From assembly GCA_036337435.1 (NCBI GenBank), contig JAYZEG010000001.1, positions 64,001-128,000 on the forward strand: a stretch of DNA of 64,000 nucleotides, written 5' to 3'. Below the pieces are notes generated by a model. The model searched no databases, had not been told where the DNA came from, and saw only the letters and a list, made by a program, of their open reading frames with translations. Position numbers and translations under genes: made by a program. Positions 50,827 through 61,300 of this stretch are shown one piece after another. This stretch comes from Myxococcota bacterium. GTDB taxonomy: Bacteria > Myxococcota_A > Bradymonadia > UBA7976 > UBA1532. Position 1 is the first letter of the stretch. Every line of letters begins with the position of its first letter.

Positions 50827-51651
50827 ATGTTCCTAGCTGCTTGCATTCAACTCAGATGCACGATGGATATCGAACGGAATCTACAGATGACCGAGACCTT
50901 GGTGCGTCGGGCGGCGAAAGCCGGTGCGAAACTGGTTGCGACTCCAGAAAACACGTCGCTCCTAGGCCCCCAGTTCCATAAGGTCGATTTGGCTCAGCCG
51001 GTCGATGGGGAGATCGGTCAAAGACTCAGCCGACTGGCAATGGAAACGGAAACCTATCTTTTAATCGGGTCTCTCAATGAAGAACGTAGATTGGTCAACG
51101 GTCAGATCGACACCCAGCGCTGCTACAACACAAGTCTCCTATTCGGCCCAGATGGACACCTCATTGAGCGCTATCGTAAGATTCATTTGTTTGATGTGGA
51201 TGTGCCAGGGGGTCTGTGCGTGCGGGAGTCAGACACCATTTGTCCGGGTGACACCGTGACAGTTGCCGACACACCCCTAGGCAAACTGGGGATGAGCATC
51301 TGCTACGATCTGCGGTTTCCAGAACTGTTTCGTATGCATGTGGACAAAGGTGCAGACTTCATCGCGATCCCGTCCGCATTTACCCTCACAACAGGCAAAG
51401 ACCACTGGCATGCCCTACTGCGAGCACGCGCCATCGAGACCCAGTGCTGGGTCCTCGCACCAGCTCAGTGGGGCATTCACGACGACGAGGGTAAGAGACA
51501 CAGTTACGGACACAGTGTCATCATAGACCCCTGGGGAACCATCGTTGCTGAGTGCGGCGATGGAGAGGGGATTTGCTTCGCCGAGATTAATCTGGAGTAC
51601 ACCCAGCAAGTCAGAACAGCGATTCCCGTCCGAAATCATCGACGGGTCTGA
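50827..51651 (+). CDS. Carbon-nitrogen hydrolase (Nit1/deaminated glutathione amidase-like)
   Basis: GGAGGA RBS; TPEN, YRKIHLFD, ICYDLRFPE, HWHALLRARAIETQ. Confidence 0.93.
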   Translation: MFLAACIQLRCTMDIERNLQMTETLVRRAAKAGAKLVATPENTSLLGPQFHKVDLAQPVDGEIGQRLSRLAMETETYLLIGSLNEERRLVNGQIDTQRCYNTSLLFGPDGHLIERYRKIHLFDVDVPGGLCVRESDTICPGDTVTVADTPLGKLGMSICYDLRFPELFRMHVDKGADFIAIPSAFTLTTGKDHWHALLRARAIETQCWVLAPAQWGIHDDEGKRHSYGHSVIIDPWGTIVAECGDGEGICFAEINLEYTQQVRTAIPVRNHRRV

Positions 51652-51860
51652 CCGAACGAACCGCAACATTTCAAATCACCGACAGAGTCTAGGTTACCTA
51701 AATTTAGACTATTGTTTTCAGGCTGTTGTATACTGCTCTAGGCATTGGCTCTGCGTCGGTCCAACCGCTGCGGTCAACAGCTCATACGGGACCAGGCTGA
51801 TACCCCCCGTCGACTCTAGATGAGCTTTAATTAGCGAAGTGCAGAAGGCGTTTGAGCGCG

Positions 51861-53879
51861 ATGACTATGGGATTTATTAGAACGTCAGCAGCCATCCCGC
51901 AAAGTCGGGTCGGCGACATAGACTTCAACTGCGAACGCATCCTAGAGTTGTGGCAAAATGCGCACGAAGCGGGTTCTGCCATCGTCGTCTTCCCCGAACT
52001 CTCAGTGACCGGCTATACCAGCCGCGATCTCTTCTTGAATGATCACCTATTGGAGTCCTGTTTATCGGCATTGTTGTCTCTGGCAAAAACCGGCTGCAAA
52101 CTCGATCCTTTGGCATTTGTGGGGCTCCCCATCAGGCATCACCTCGGCGTCTTCAATTGCGTCGCGGCCCTCCATAAAGGGCGGGTCGTCGGCATCTGTC
52201 CAAAATCTTATCTACCGAACTACGGTGAATTTGAGGAAGAGCGCTGGTTCCGATCCGGCCGGATCATTCGTCCAAACGCAACCATCCGACTGGATGATGA
52301 GGAGGTGCCTTTTGGCTTGGACATCCTTTTCCAAGCATCCAACAAACGGGAGCTCATGATCGGCGTTGAAGTTTGTGAAGACAGCTGGGTTCATGTGCCT
52401 CCATCACTGGACCAGATTTCTGCTGGTGCATCGATCGTCTGCAACCTGTCCGCTTCAAATTTTGTGGTCGGAAAAGCGGAGACAAGACGTCTGTTGGCCA
52501 AGGCTCATTCGGTGCGTGGCAAATGTGCCTACATCTACGTTGCTGCCGGCCCAGGCGAGTCATCGACGGACTTAGCATTTGATGCGGATGCATTCATTTG
52601 TGAGCAAGGGGCCATCCTGGCAGAATCAACGCGGTTCTCTCGTTCGGACCAATTGATTACCAGTGACATCGATTTAAACGCTTTGCTGCACAGTCGAGTG
52701 GCAGCAAATACATTTGGCGAATGTAGTGCTGAATCCCAACGAAAATTCAGATACATACCCTTCGCTTTGAGCGAGGGTGACCAATACACTCGCGCTATCG
52801 ACCCACATCCATTTCTTCCAAAAGACCAAAACACGCTCGCAACCCGTTGCTGGGAGGTCTTTGAGATTCAGAGCAATGCCTTGGCGACGCGGATGCGCGC
52901 CATCGGTTCGCCAAAACTCATTCTCGGCATTTCAGGCGGCCTCGATTCAACCCATGCGGCATTGGTCGCAACCCAGGCCATTAAATTGTGCGGCCAAGCA
53001 TCAAATGAGCTGATTTGCGTAACCATGCCCGGCCTAGGAACGACATCGCAAACGGAAAACAATGCGAAGTCGCTGGCCGATCAACTCCAAGCAGAGTTGC
53101 GCATTGTTGATATCAAGGAGGAAAGTTTAAGCCTGTTGAAAGCAATTGGCCATCCCGCAGCCTCTCAAGCAACCAATACCGATGAATTAATCGACGCGCT
53201 AAGACAACACGAGCAATGGGCAAACGTGACTGTAGAAAATGTCCAGGCAAGACTACGGACGCTCATTTTGATGTCCCTTGCGAACCAAGAACACGGGATC
53301 GTTGTTGGAACGGGTGATCTGTCAGAAAAGGCCTTAGGTTGGTCTACATACGCAGGCGATCAAATTGCAATGTATGATGTCAATGCGGGTGTACCAAAGA
53401 CATTGATTCAATTCGTTGTCCGTTGGGTTGCCAATGAGCGCCTACAATCTTGGTCGAATACGCACAAAGACTCCCTGCGGAAAACCTTATTTTCTATCCT
53501 CGACACACCCATTTCGCCTGAACTTCTGCCCGCTTCGACAGCCGGTCAAATCTCTCAAATCACGGAAGAGAAAATCGGACCGTACGAACTGCATGATTTT
53601 TTCTTATTTCATTTTGTTGGTCATGGTCGACCGCCCAAACAAATCCTGGATCTGGCATGGGCCGCATTTCAAGGCACCTACGAGCGACAAACCCTCACGC
53701 TATGGTTTTCAGTTTTCATAAAGCGATTTTTTAGCCAACAATTCAAACGGTCATGTACAGCTGATGGACCAAAGGTTTTAAGTGTCGCCTTGTCACCTCG
53801 GGGTGATTGGCGCATGCCCTCTGATGCACGTGCTGACATTTGGTTAGATGAGATCGAAAAGTGGGGTCGATCAACATGA
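51861..53879 (+). CDS. nadE: Glutamine-dependent NAD+ synthetase
   Basis: Glutaminase triad FPEL / PKSYLPNY / EVCED; synthetase SGGLDS, ENVQARLR, GTGDLSE, FKRSC. Confidence 0.96.
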   Translation: MTMGFIRTSAAIPQSRVGDIDFNCERILELWQNAHEAGSAIVVFPELSVTGYTSRDLFLNDHLLESCLSALLSLAKTGCKLDPLAFVGLPIRHHLGVFNCVAALHKGRVVGICPKSYLPNYGEFEEERWFRSGRIIRPNATIRLDDEEVPFGLDILFQASNKRELMIGVEVCEDSWVHVPPSLDQISAGASIVCNLSASNFVVGKAETRRLLAKAHSVRGKCAYIYVAAGPGESSTDLAFDADAFICEQGAILAESTRFSRSDQLITSDIDLNALLHSRVAANTFGECSAESQRKFRYIPFALSEGDQYTRAIDPHPFLPKDQNTLATRCWEVFEIQSNALATRMRAIGSPKLILGISGGLDSTHAALVATQAIKLCGQASNELICVTMPGLGTTSQTENNAKSLADQLQAELRIVDIKEESLSLLKAIGHPAASQATNTDELIDALRQHEQWANVTVENVQARLRTLILMSLANQEHGIVVGTGDLSEKALGWSTYAGDQIAMYDVNAGVPKTLIQFVVRWVANERLQSWSNTHKDSLRKTLFSILDTPISPELLPASTAGQISQITEEKIGPYELHDFFLFHFVGHGRPPKQILDLAWAAFQGTYERQTLTLWFSVFIKRFFSQQFKRSCTADGPKVLSVALSPRGDWRMPSDARADIWLDEIEKWGRST

Positions 53880-54292
53880 AGCTCTTCCACTTAGCATTCC
53901 CGGTCGATGATCTTGAGCGGACCAGAGACTTTTATGTCAATGGCCTTGGTTGTAGCGTCGGTCGAGAAGCGGAAACCTGGATTGATTTTGACCTTTTTGG
54001 CCATCAGATATCAGCTCACCTACGACATGGCACTGTGACCGACTCAGACAAAAATGAAGTCGATGGAGACAGCGTGCCTATTCCACATTTCGGCTGTATC
54101 CTGGATCTAGAGAGCTGGCATTCACTCAAAGAAAAGTTAGTCGCTTATGGGGTCGAATTTGAAATCGGACCTCGGATCCGATTTGCTGGACAACCCGGTG
54201 AGCAGGCGACGATGTTCCTACGCGACCCAAGCGGCCATGCACTTGAATTCAAAGCGTTTGCCGATATCAGACAGGTGTTCGAAACCGATTAG
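53876..54292 (+). CDS. VOC/glyoxalase family protein
   Basis: FHLAFPV, WIDFDLFGHQ, PHFG, GEQATMFLRDPSGHALEFK. Confidence 0.92.
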   Translation: MKLFHLAFPVDDLERTRDFYVNGLGCSVGREAETWIDFDLFGHQISAHLRHGTVTDSDKNEVDGDSVPIPHFGCILDLESWHSLKEKLVAYGVEFEIGPRIRFAGQPGEQATMFLRDPSGHALEFKAFADIRQVFETD

Positions 54293-54933
54293 TTCCGGTT
54301 GTCGATGGTGATGGGATCACCCGCATCGTCGAGACCACAACTAATTTGATCGCATGGTTCGCCGCCAACAAAGTCGTCAAGGTCGATCACTCGAATTTGG
54401 AAAAGAGGCTGTGCACAACCATCTTCGATGGCCTGTTCAAGGGCTCGGTCTAAAATAATTGTCAGGTCATTGAGCTCAGAACACGTGCGTGCAGCAGGTA
54501 TGCCGTTATGCCCCTCGACGAGGATGCCCTCGCAACTCAACTTAATACAGGCTGCTGAGCGCCGAACGAGGTTATAAGGGGAGCTTTCATTGAGCCGGTC
54601 CTCCTCATCGAATTGCCCACACCCGACGGCGGTCGATGTGTCCCGAATGAATGTTGTCATACGCTCAACGCATTGGTTGAGTCGGTCGGTATTGCTTATG
54701 GTCGCCGAATCTGGACGAACAGGCGGAATGTAACGGTCTCCCGACATCCCAAGATCAAGTGCTTGCGATGACGGACGCGTCTGCGCGTCGAATCGAAGAT
54801 TCGACTCTGGCCCTGGACTTGAATCAAAGCCGGTTGGACTGGTCGACCGCTGGACATCCATGTCGGCATCATAGATCGCCTCGCCAGCGCAGCCGCTAAC
54901 CACAAGATAAAGCAGCATTTGAAACACTCGCAT
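54289..54933 (-). CDS. Hypothetical Cys-containing lipoprotein
   Basis: LLYLVVSG-C lipobox; Asp-rich linker and Cys-rich C-terminal half. Confidence 0.7.
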   Translation of the reverse strand: MRVFQMLLYLVVSGCAGEAIYDADMDVQRSTSPTGFDSSPGPESNLRFDAQTRPSSQALDLGMSGDRYIPPVRPDSATISNTDRLNQCVERMTTFIRDTSTAVGCGQFDEEDRLNESSPYNLVRRSAACIKLSCEGILVEGHNGIPAARTCSELNDLTIILDRALEQAIEDGCAQPLFQIRVIDLDDFVGGEPCDQISCGLDDAGDPITIDNRN

Positions 54934-55138
54934 ACACCCATCTCCACTCGGTGAGATGGTTTAGAATAGCACAGGCAACCAAATCCAGTTGTTCAAATTA
55001 AATCGAGTCGTCAGTAAAAAAGGATCCGCAGTTGATTTTATGTTGAGGGGTGATAATCACGCAGAGCATCACAGACTCCGCATAATGTGATACTGTTGGC
55101 ACCTGGGACTGATGAGATACTCGGTGCGATGGAGACTT

Positions 55139-57481
55139 ATGAAACGCCAATCTTTTTTTCCGGTTTTCCTATCCGTAATGCTCTTATCAGGCTGTTCAGA
55201 ATCTGGAAATGACGGCCAGCAACTGACTGACCAAATGGATGGAACAAACAATCCAATCATCGCCGATGGTGGGCCACTCCCCACACAGCCAGATGCTGAT
55301 GCGGCGGATGCGGCCACAAATCGGGATGCCGCTCAAATGAGAGATCAAGATGCGGCCGTAACGATGTCTGATATGTCAGTTCCGCGACTCGATGCACAAA
55401 CAGCACTTGACCAGGCTGTGACAATCGATACGGCCATCATCGATATGATGCCTGCGGACGATGCAGAGCCCACCAGCGAAGATACTGGCCCGATGATGGA
55501 TACTGATAATTGTCGACCCATCGATGAGATGTGCAACGGCCTCGATGATGATTGCGATGGCAGGACGGATGAAAATGCAGGTGATGCTCGGTTGGACTGC
55601 CAAACCAATTTACTCGGCGTATGCCAGGCGGGCCAAACCCGATGTAACAACGGTCAGATCCAATGCGTTGCGACCCGAAATCCAGGTCGGGAGGTCTGCG
55701 ACTCCTTAGACAATGACTGTGATGGCACAACCGATGAGAATGCGCCCAATGTGGGCGATATGTGTCAAACCGGAGAGGCAGGGATCTGTGGTCCAGGAAC
55801 GCGCCAATGCGAAAACGGGCAAATGCTGTGCGTCTCGAATTCCAATGGCGAAATCGAGACCTGTGATCGAAGCGATGAAGACTGCGATGGGCGCATCGAT
55901 GAAGATGCTGCGGGTGCAGGTGAGCTTTGCGACCCCGGGTGGGCAAGACCTGACTGCCCACGGCGCGCAAGGACAGTATGCCAAGGGGGGCAGTTGATTT
56001 GCGAGATGGACCCACATCCGGCAGACCCTTGCAATGGTGAAGATGATGATTGCGATGGCCGAATCGGAGAGGATGTACGCGGTCTCGAATGTGACACTGA
56101 GCAACTGGGCCAATGCGCGCAGGGTTCACTGATTTGTGAAGCCGATGAATCAGAGTGCGTCGCCGCTTTTGAGCCAAATTGTGAAGTCGTGAACCAATTA
56201 GATGACGACTGTGATGGGGCCGTGGATGAAGCCGCAGACAGATTCTGCTCGCCTCCGGAACGACAACTCACTCGTTTCTGTCTTACCGACAATAATCAAA
56301 ATATTGCGTTGGATATGACCGTCGACCCATTGGGCGAAATCTTTGTGACGCGTGCATCTCTCATTCAGGGCCATTTATATCTCACCCAAGTCAACCGAGA
56401 CGGCACACATTCGAACAGTCGAATTCAGAGTCGAGTGGCCCTTTTTCCCAACCGCCCAATTTTCGACACGGATGTCACCATTGCCAACCAAGTCCCCCAC
56501 GTTTGTTACAGAAATGCTCGGTCCAGTACCTTGTATTACGCATACAGGTCAGCCAATGGAGATTGGGTCACAGAAACGGTCGCCGAGAACGGTGACGCAG
56601 GCATAGACTGCGCGGTCGCTGTCCACAATGACCGAGTTTTCGTCGCATACCGCCATGCAGGCCAGCTGTTTGTTGCGAATCGGAGTGCCGATGGGCAGTG
56701 GTCGAGGGACATAGCCGATTCGGTTGCTAATTCGATCGTTGGAATCGAGCTGGACATGGTCATGGTGGACGGGACGCCATTTATTGTTCATCGAGACTCA
56801 GGCCAGCGTAGCTTTCGCATCACGACCAAACAAAATAACCGCTGGGTATCAGTTGCGGCCCCCGGCGGCGTTTTCGACAACGGCATTGGTTTTAGGCCGC
56901 GCATCTGGGTCGACGATAACCAAGTGACGGTCATCCACGGTGATGTCCCACCCGATCCGGACATCGGCAGCGACGGAAATCTATACATTTCAAGTATAGG
57001 ACGGGACCTAAACGGTGTCTTCAGGACCGAGAACCTGGACGCTGAGGGCCACGGCGGAGGACAGGCGGTCATGAGTTTCGAGACTGGTTTGCTGATCGCT
57101 GGGCGTTACCGATTGCGCAGTGCTTTGGGTTTTCGTGAGGATGGTCTGGAACTGTATAAACTCACCGACGTCTCAAGCATCTATTCCCTAGAAGCGTACA
57201 CCATTGCAGACCGACGACACACGTTTAAGAGACTCAGTTTAATGAGCGATCCGTTCGGACTTCCTATCATTGGATTTGCCGACGAAGGCAGTCGTTTTGG
57301 TGGTGATAATGGCTTTGGGCGCGTGTGCTTTTATCGGCCCAATGATGCCGATGCAGACCATGTGCCCGACGTAATAGAGGACGAGCTGGGGACAGACCCT
57401 GACCGCTCAGATACCGACGGCGACGGCCGCACTGACGGTGAAGAAATACTCATAGACGGTACAGATCCCCTGCAGCGTTAG
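55139..57481 (+). CDS. Lipoprotein with five Cys/Asp (MopE-type) repeats, a propeller-like domain and a C-terminal Ca-binding DxDGDG motif
   Basis: GGAG RBS; LLSG-C lipobox; ExC[ND]xxD[DNE]DCDGxxDE repeats; beta-blade region (PHVCY, VFVAY, PFIVH); LGTDP...DTDGDG...DGEE tail. Confidence 0.88.
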   Translation: MKRQSFFPVFLSVMLLSGCSESGNDGQQLTDQMDGTNNPIIADGGPLPTQPDADAADAATNRDAAQMRDQDAAVTMSDMSVPRLDAQTALDQAVTIDTAIIDMMPADDAEPTSEDTGPMMDTDNCRPIDEMCNGLDDDCDGRTDENAGDARLDCQTNLLGVCQAGQTRCNNGQIQCVATRNPGREVCDSLDNDCDGTTDENAPNVGDMCQTGEAGICGPGTRQCENGQMLCVSNSNGEIETCDRSDEDCDGRIDEDAAGAGELCDPGWARPDCPRRARTVCQGGQLICEMDPHPADPCNGEDDDCDGRIGEDVRGLECDTEQLGQCAQGSLICEADESECVAAFEPNCEVVNQLDDDCDGAVDEAADRFCSPPERQLTRFCLTDNNQNIALDMTVDPLGEIFVTRASLIQGHLYLTQVNRDGTHSNSRIQSRVALFPNRPIFDTDVTIANQVPHVCYRNARSSTLYYAYRSANGDWVTETVAENGDAGIDCAVAVHNDRVFVAYRHAGQLFVANRSADGQWSRDIADSVANSIVGIELDMVMVDGTPFIVHRDSGQRSFRITTKQNNRWVSVAAPGGVFDNGIGFRPRIWVDDNQVTVIHGDVPPDPDIGSDGNLYISSIGRDLNGVFRTENLDAEGHGGGQAVMSFETGLLIAGRYRLRSALGFREDGLELYKLTDVSSIYSLEAYTIADRRHTFKRLSLMSDPFGLPIIGFADEGSRFGGDNGFGRVCFYRPNDADADHVPDVIEDELGTDPDRSDTDGDGRTDGEEILIDGTDPLQR

Positions 57482-57489
57482 GAGAATTT

Positions 57490-58269
57490 ATGGGTACTCA
57501 ACTCATCGACAGCCATGCTCACCTCGATTTCGAAAACTTCGACCATGACCGTTTGGCTGTTCTTGAAAGAGCGCAAGCCGTCGGCGTCTCCAAAGTGATT
57601 TCCATCGGGACAACCATCAAATCGTCAACACAAGCCGCCGCACTCGCGGACCACTATCCGATGGTCTTTGCAACGGCCGGTATTCACCCCCATCAAGTTG
57701 ATGAATTCGCCGAGCAAGACTGGCCGTATTTAGAGGCACTTTGGGCATCTCCAAAAGTCGTTGGTGTCGGTGAAACGGGTCTTGATTACTTCTATGATCT
57801 CTCCAGTCGAACGCGGCAGAAAACCATTTTTGCGAAGCATCTCAAAGCGGCTGAGAGATTAGATTACCCGTGTATCATCCACGTTCGAGATGCATTTGAC
57901 GATGCGTTTTCGCTGATTGAAGATATCGGTGTCGGTCAACGGGGCATCATCCATTGTTTTACCGGTGGTCGAGATGAATGCCAGCGCGCCTTGGACCTCG
58001 GGCTGTACATCTCGCTGTCTGGCATCGTGACCTTCAAAAATGCCAAAGAACTCCGAGAGTCGGTGTCCATGATTCCAGACGACCGCATCTTGGTAGAAAC
58101 CGATTCACCCTTCCTGGCACCAGTCCCCCATCGAGGCATGCGAAATGAGCCCAGTTTTGTTGAGAAAACAGCGCGTGCTGTCGCTGAACTGCGGGGTCAG
58201 ACCTTTGAGGATTTAGCAAACATCACCAAACGCAACACAGAGCGTGTATTTCGTCTTCCAGCGACTTGA
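57490..58269 (+). CDS. tatD: TatD family hydrolase/nuclease
   Basis: IDSHAHLD, GIHPH, GETGLDY, IHVRDA, IIHCFTG, LVETDSPFLAP, RNEP. Confidence 0.96.
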   Translation: MGTQLIDSHAHLDFENFDHDRLAVLERAQAVGVSKVISIGTTIKSSTQAAALADHYPMVFATAGIHPHQVDEFAEQDWPYLEALWASPKVVGVGETGLDYFYDLSSRTRQKTIFAKHLKAAERLDYPCIIHVRDAFDDAFSLIEDIGVGQRGIIHCFTGGRDECQRALDLGLYISLSGIVTFKNAKELRESVSMIPDDRILVETDSPFLAPVPHRGMRNEPSFVEKTARAVAELRGQTFEDLANITKRNTERVFRLPAT

Positions 58270-58283
58270 TTAAACGCTACAGA

Positions 58284-58307
58284 CAGGCCAGCAGGAACGA
58301 TGGCCTG
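58284..58307. terminator. Hairpin between convergent tatD and the giant lipoprotein gene
   Basis: CAGGCCA-N10-TGGCCTG 7-bp stem in the 43-nt convergent gap; no U-tract. Confidence 0.35.
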
Positions 58308-58312
58308 CGCTA

Positions 58313-61300
58313 TCAATCTCCCGGTGGCGCCCATTCAATGGCACCCTGGTCGCTGGCAGCACCTTCGGGCCGTAGGAAGCTGTTTAAATCATAGGCCGGA
58401 TGCACACTGTAGGGTGTGTCATATACAATGGTGTCTGGCGTCTCGGTGATAAAGTGTTCATCGCCCAACAGGATCAGTTCAATCCAATCTGGTGCACCAT
58501 CGTTGTCCGTGTCTGTGACTGTATCGACTTCACAAAGCCCATCCTGGTTACAAATATCTGCGTTGAGGTTCCACTTGGAATCTCTTGCGTTGGCCGTTGT
58601 ACAACCATCGTCATTAATACAAATGCAATCATTGCCAACACATTGGCAGTCTGCATTGTCCACACATTGAGCGGCTGACAAGGTCACTGGTCGAGGATCT
58701 GGGACTGGTGTGAGCTGGCCAGCATCGATGGCTGGCGAACCGGGCCTGAGGGCCAAGTTGTTGGACTCAGCGTTGACCAAATTCAGATTAATCTGAACGT
58801 TGTCGCTCGCAAATGACCGGCCATTGAGCCGCTCCGCTGTGCCATACCCTGACCGGTCGGTTCGAACCAATGGGTCATCATCATCGAAAATATTGTTGTA
58901 GATAAAGGTATCTTGCTCCGCTTGTGAATGGACGAAGAGGTAGGTGTCATTGGTTTCTTTAGCGAATAAATTATTGGCGATGATCACCGACTTGTTGACG
59001 TTTTGGTGGACGTAAATGTGATAGTACGAGTTTCTTGAAAAACTGTTGTAGTTCACCAACGCCTTGCCATTGGCTTGAAGGTACAGACCACCGCCCGTGT
59101 TGTTGGAGAAGACCGTATTTTGAAGGGTGAGCTGCGTGCTCGTATGAACAAGAGCCCTCACGCTTCCAGGCGCATCACCGACATCATTGTTTTGGAAGGT
59201 CACCCGGTCGATGACAGTGCTGGAGATCGCCCCACCGTTGCGCTGGGTCGTCGCCAATACAAGGCCCCGAGGACCGCGGCCTTCACAGCTCTCGACAAGC
59301 GTGTCCTCCAATAAGATATTGGAATTACCAAAGACAGCCACCGGATACTCCGTATCGGCGCGAGATTTGACGATCTTGAGATTTGAAATCCTCAAATTCG
59401 TCTGACGCGGTGCCTCAAAAACACCATTATTGAGCGTGGTCACAAACAGAGTGGGTTCTTCAGTCCCGATTCGGTTGCGCGTATTACTCCCTCGGAGCAG
59501 GGTCATATTTGACAAGAGGTTCCGTGATCCATGAGCCCCCCACCTCGGCTGGCGAGACAAGAACAGATAATTTGGGTCACCAGGCTGCATGCAGCGCACA
59601 TCATCGAGGGTGTAGCAGGTTCGACCTCGGGCCATCATCGGCTGGTCATCCATGTTCTCAGCCCGGACCAGTTGGCCGCCATCGGGCTTACGCAGGATGT
59701 CACAGTCTGGGTGGAGCTCGGTCAGAAAACAGGCCAGCATACCCCCGTCTATCACCACGTGATCGATGGATCCATCGCCCACCAATTGAACCTTATCCTG
59801 CATGCGAATGGGCAAATCCTCCCGCTCTGATTCAGGCATTGAGCACAAACCACCTGCGCACTGCAGCTCAGGGGAGCAGACGCATTCAGCGCATCGCTCG
59901 ATGGTGCGTGGATCCCCGTTGGTCTCACAGGCGATTGTATGCGTTGCACAAGAATCATTGCTTGGGTCACCGTCTCCATCACCATCGCATTGCTGAAGGT
60001 CGACCCATTGGTCTGATGAATAACGACCCGGCTTGACGTAGATTCGAGCCGCGTATTGCGTGCTATCGATGCGACCGTCGAGTGCATGACTCATGGTTCG
60101 CCATGGATTGCCTTCGGTCCCGTCACCGGTCGAATTTGACCCATTCCGATCGTCGACATAGAAGGTCTGAAAGCATGTCCCGCTGATACACGATGCGTTC
60201 GGCAGTTCCTGACCTGGATTAAAGGGGTCTGGGTCTCGACAATCAGTGCCGCATGACCCACAGTTGGTGACGTCATTTAACTTGTCGAAGCCGTTGTCGA
60301 CAATGCCATCACAATCGTCGTCTCTATCATTGCACGTCTCTTCCACAACGGCGTCGCCAATACAAACGGTGCCACCTGTTTCAAGGTCACAGGCGACGGT
60401 TCCGTTGGTGCATTGGTCGGCATCATCGCCATCACATGGGTCGCCTAAGCCAAAGCCTTCGTCGGCGGTACCGTCACAGTCGTTGTCCAATTCATCACAG
60501 GTCTCTGGTGACGAAGGCGTGTTCTGAAAGCAGCTAATTTGTCCATTACAGCGAGTTGTGCCGGCGTTACATGTACCCGGAAGACCCATTTCGCAGACCT
60601 GACCCGCTCCGGGGTTGCCTTCGTCTTCCTGGCCATCACAGTCATTGTCGATGCTATCGCAGACTTCTTGCAATTCCCCTGGTGTAAACCTTGGGACTAA
60701 AACCAATTCACCGTCGACGCATGTGCGGATGCCAATATTGCAGACACCTTGTGCTCCTGGAATCAATTCGACGGCCCCGCCGCCCGGATTTCCTTCATCG
60801 ATGAGCCCATCACAATCATCGTCGTAGCGGCTGAAGTTATCGTCGACAGGAGGGACGGCATTACACACCTCTTCACGGGGCTCTCCTGGGACAGCATCGC
60901 AGCCCGCGGTGCCGTCTTCCAGGCACACGGTTCTGCCATTTTGCCTACAACGACCTTCACCAACGCTGCAATCATCACCCACACCGTAGCCTTCATCTGT
61001 GCGCCCGTCGCAGTCGTTGTCGATGGCATCACAGAACTCGTTTTGTGGAACGCCAGCAGTGACGCTACATTGGGTGCCATCTTGGGCGTCATTACACACC
61101 AATTGGCCATCCTCTGAGCACGCACCAACGCCTTCGGTGCATGGATTGCCGAGAGGAAACGTCTCATCAACACGGCCGTCGCAGTCATTGTCCAGACCAT
61201 CACAGAGTTCAACGGCAGGTTCGTTGACACGGTCACAGACAAGGACCGCGTTTCGACAATTTCGGATACCCGCTTGACAAAGACCGTCGAATTCAGTGTT

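Noticed and set aside
50827..53879. Adjacent nitrilase-fold genes as a split or duplicated NAD synthetase
   Set aside because: NadE has its own intact glutaminase triad; the upstream gene is an ordinary Nit1-like amidase about 200 nt away.
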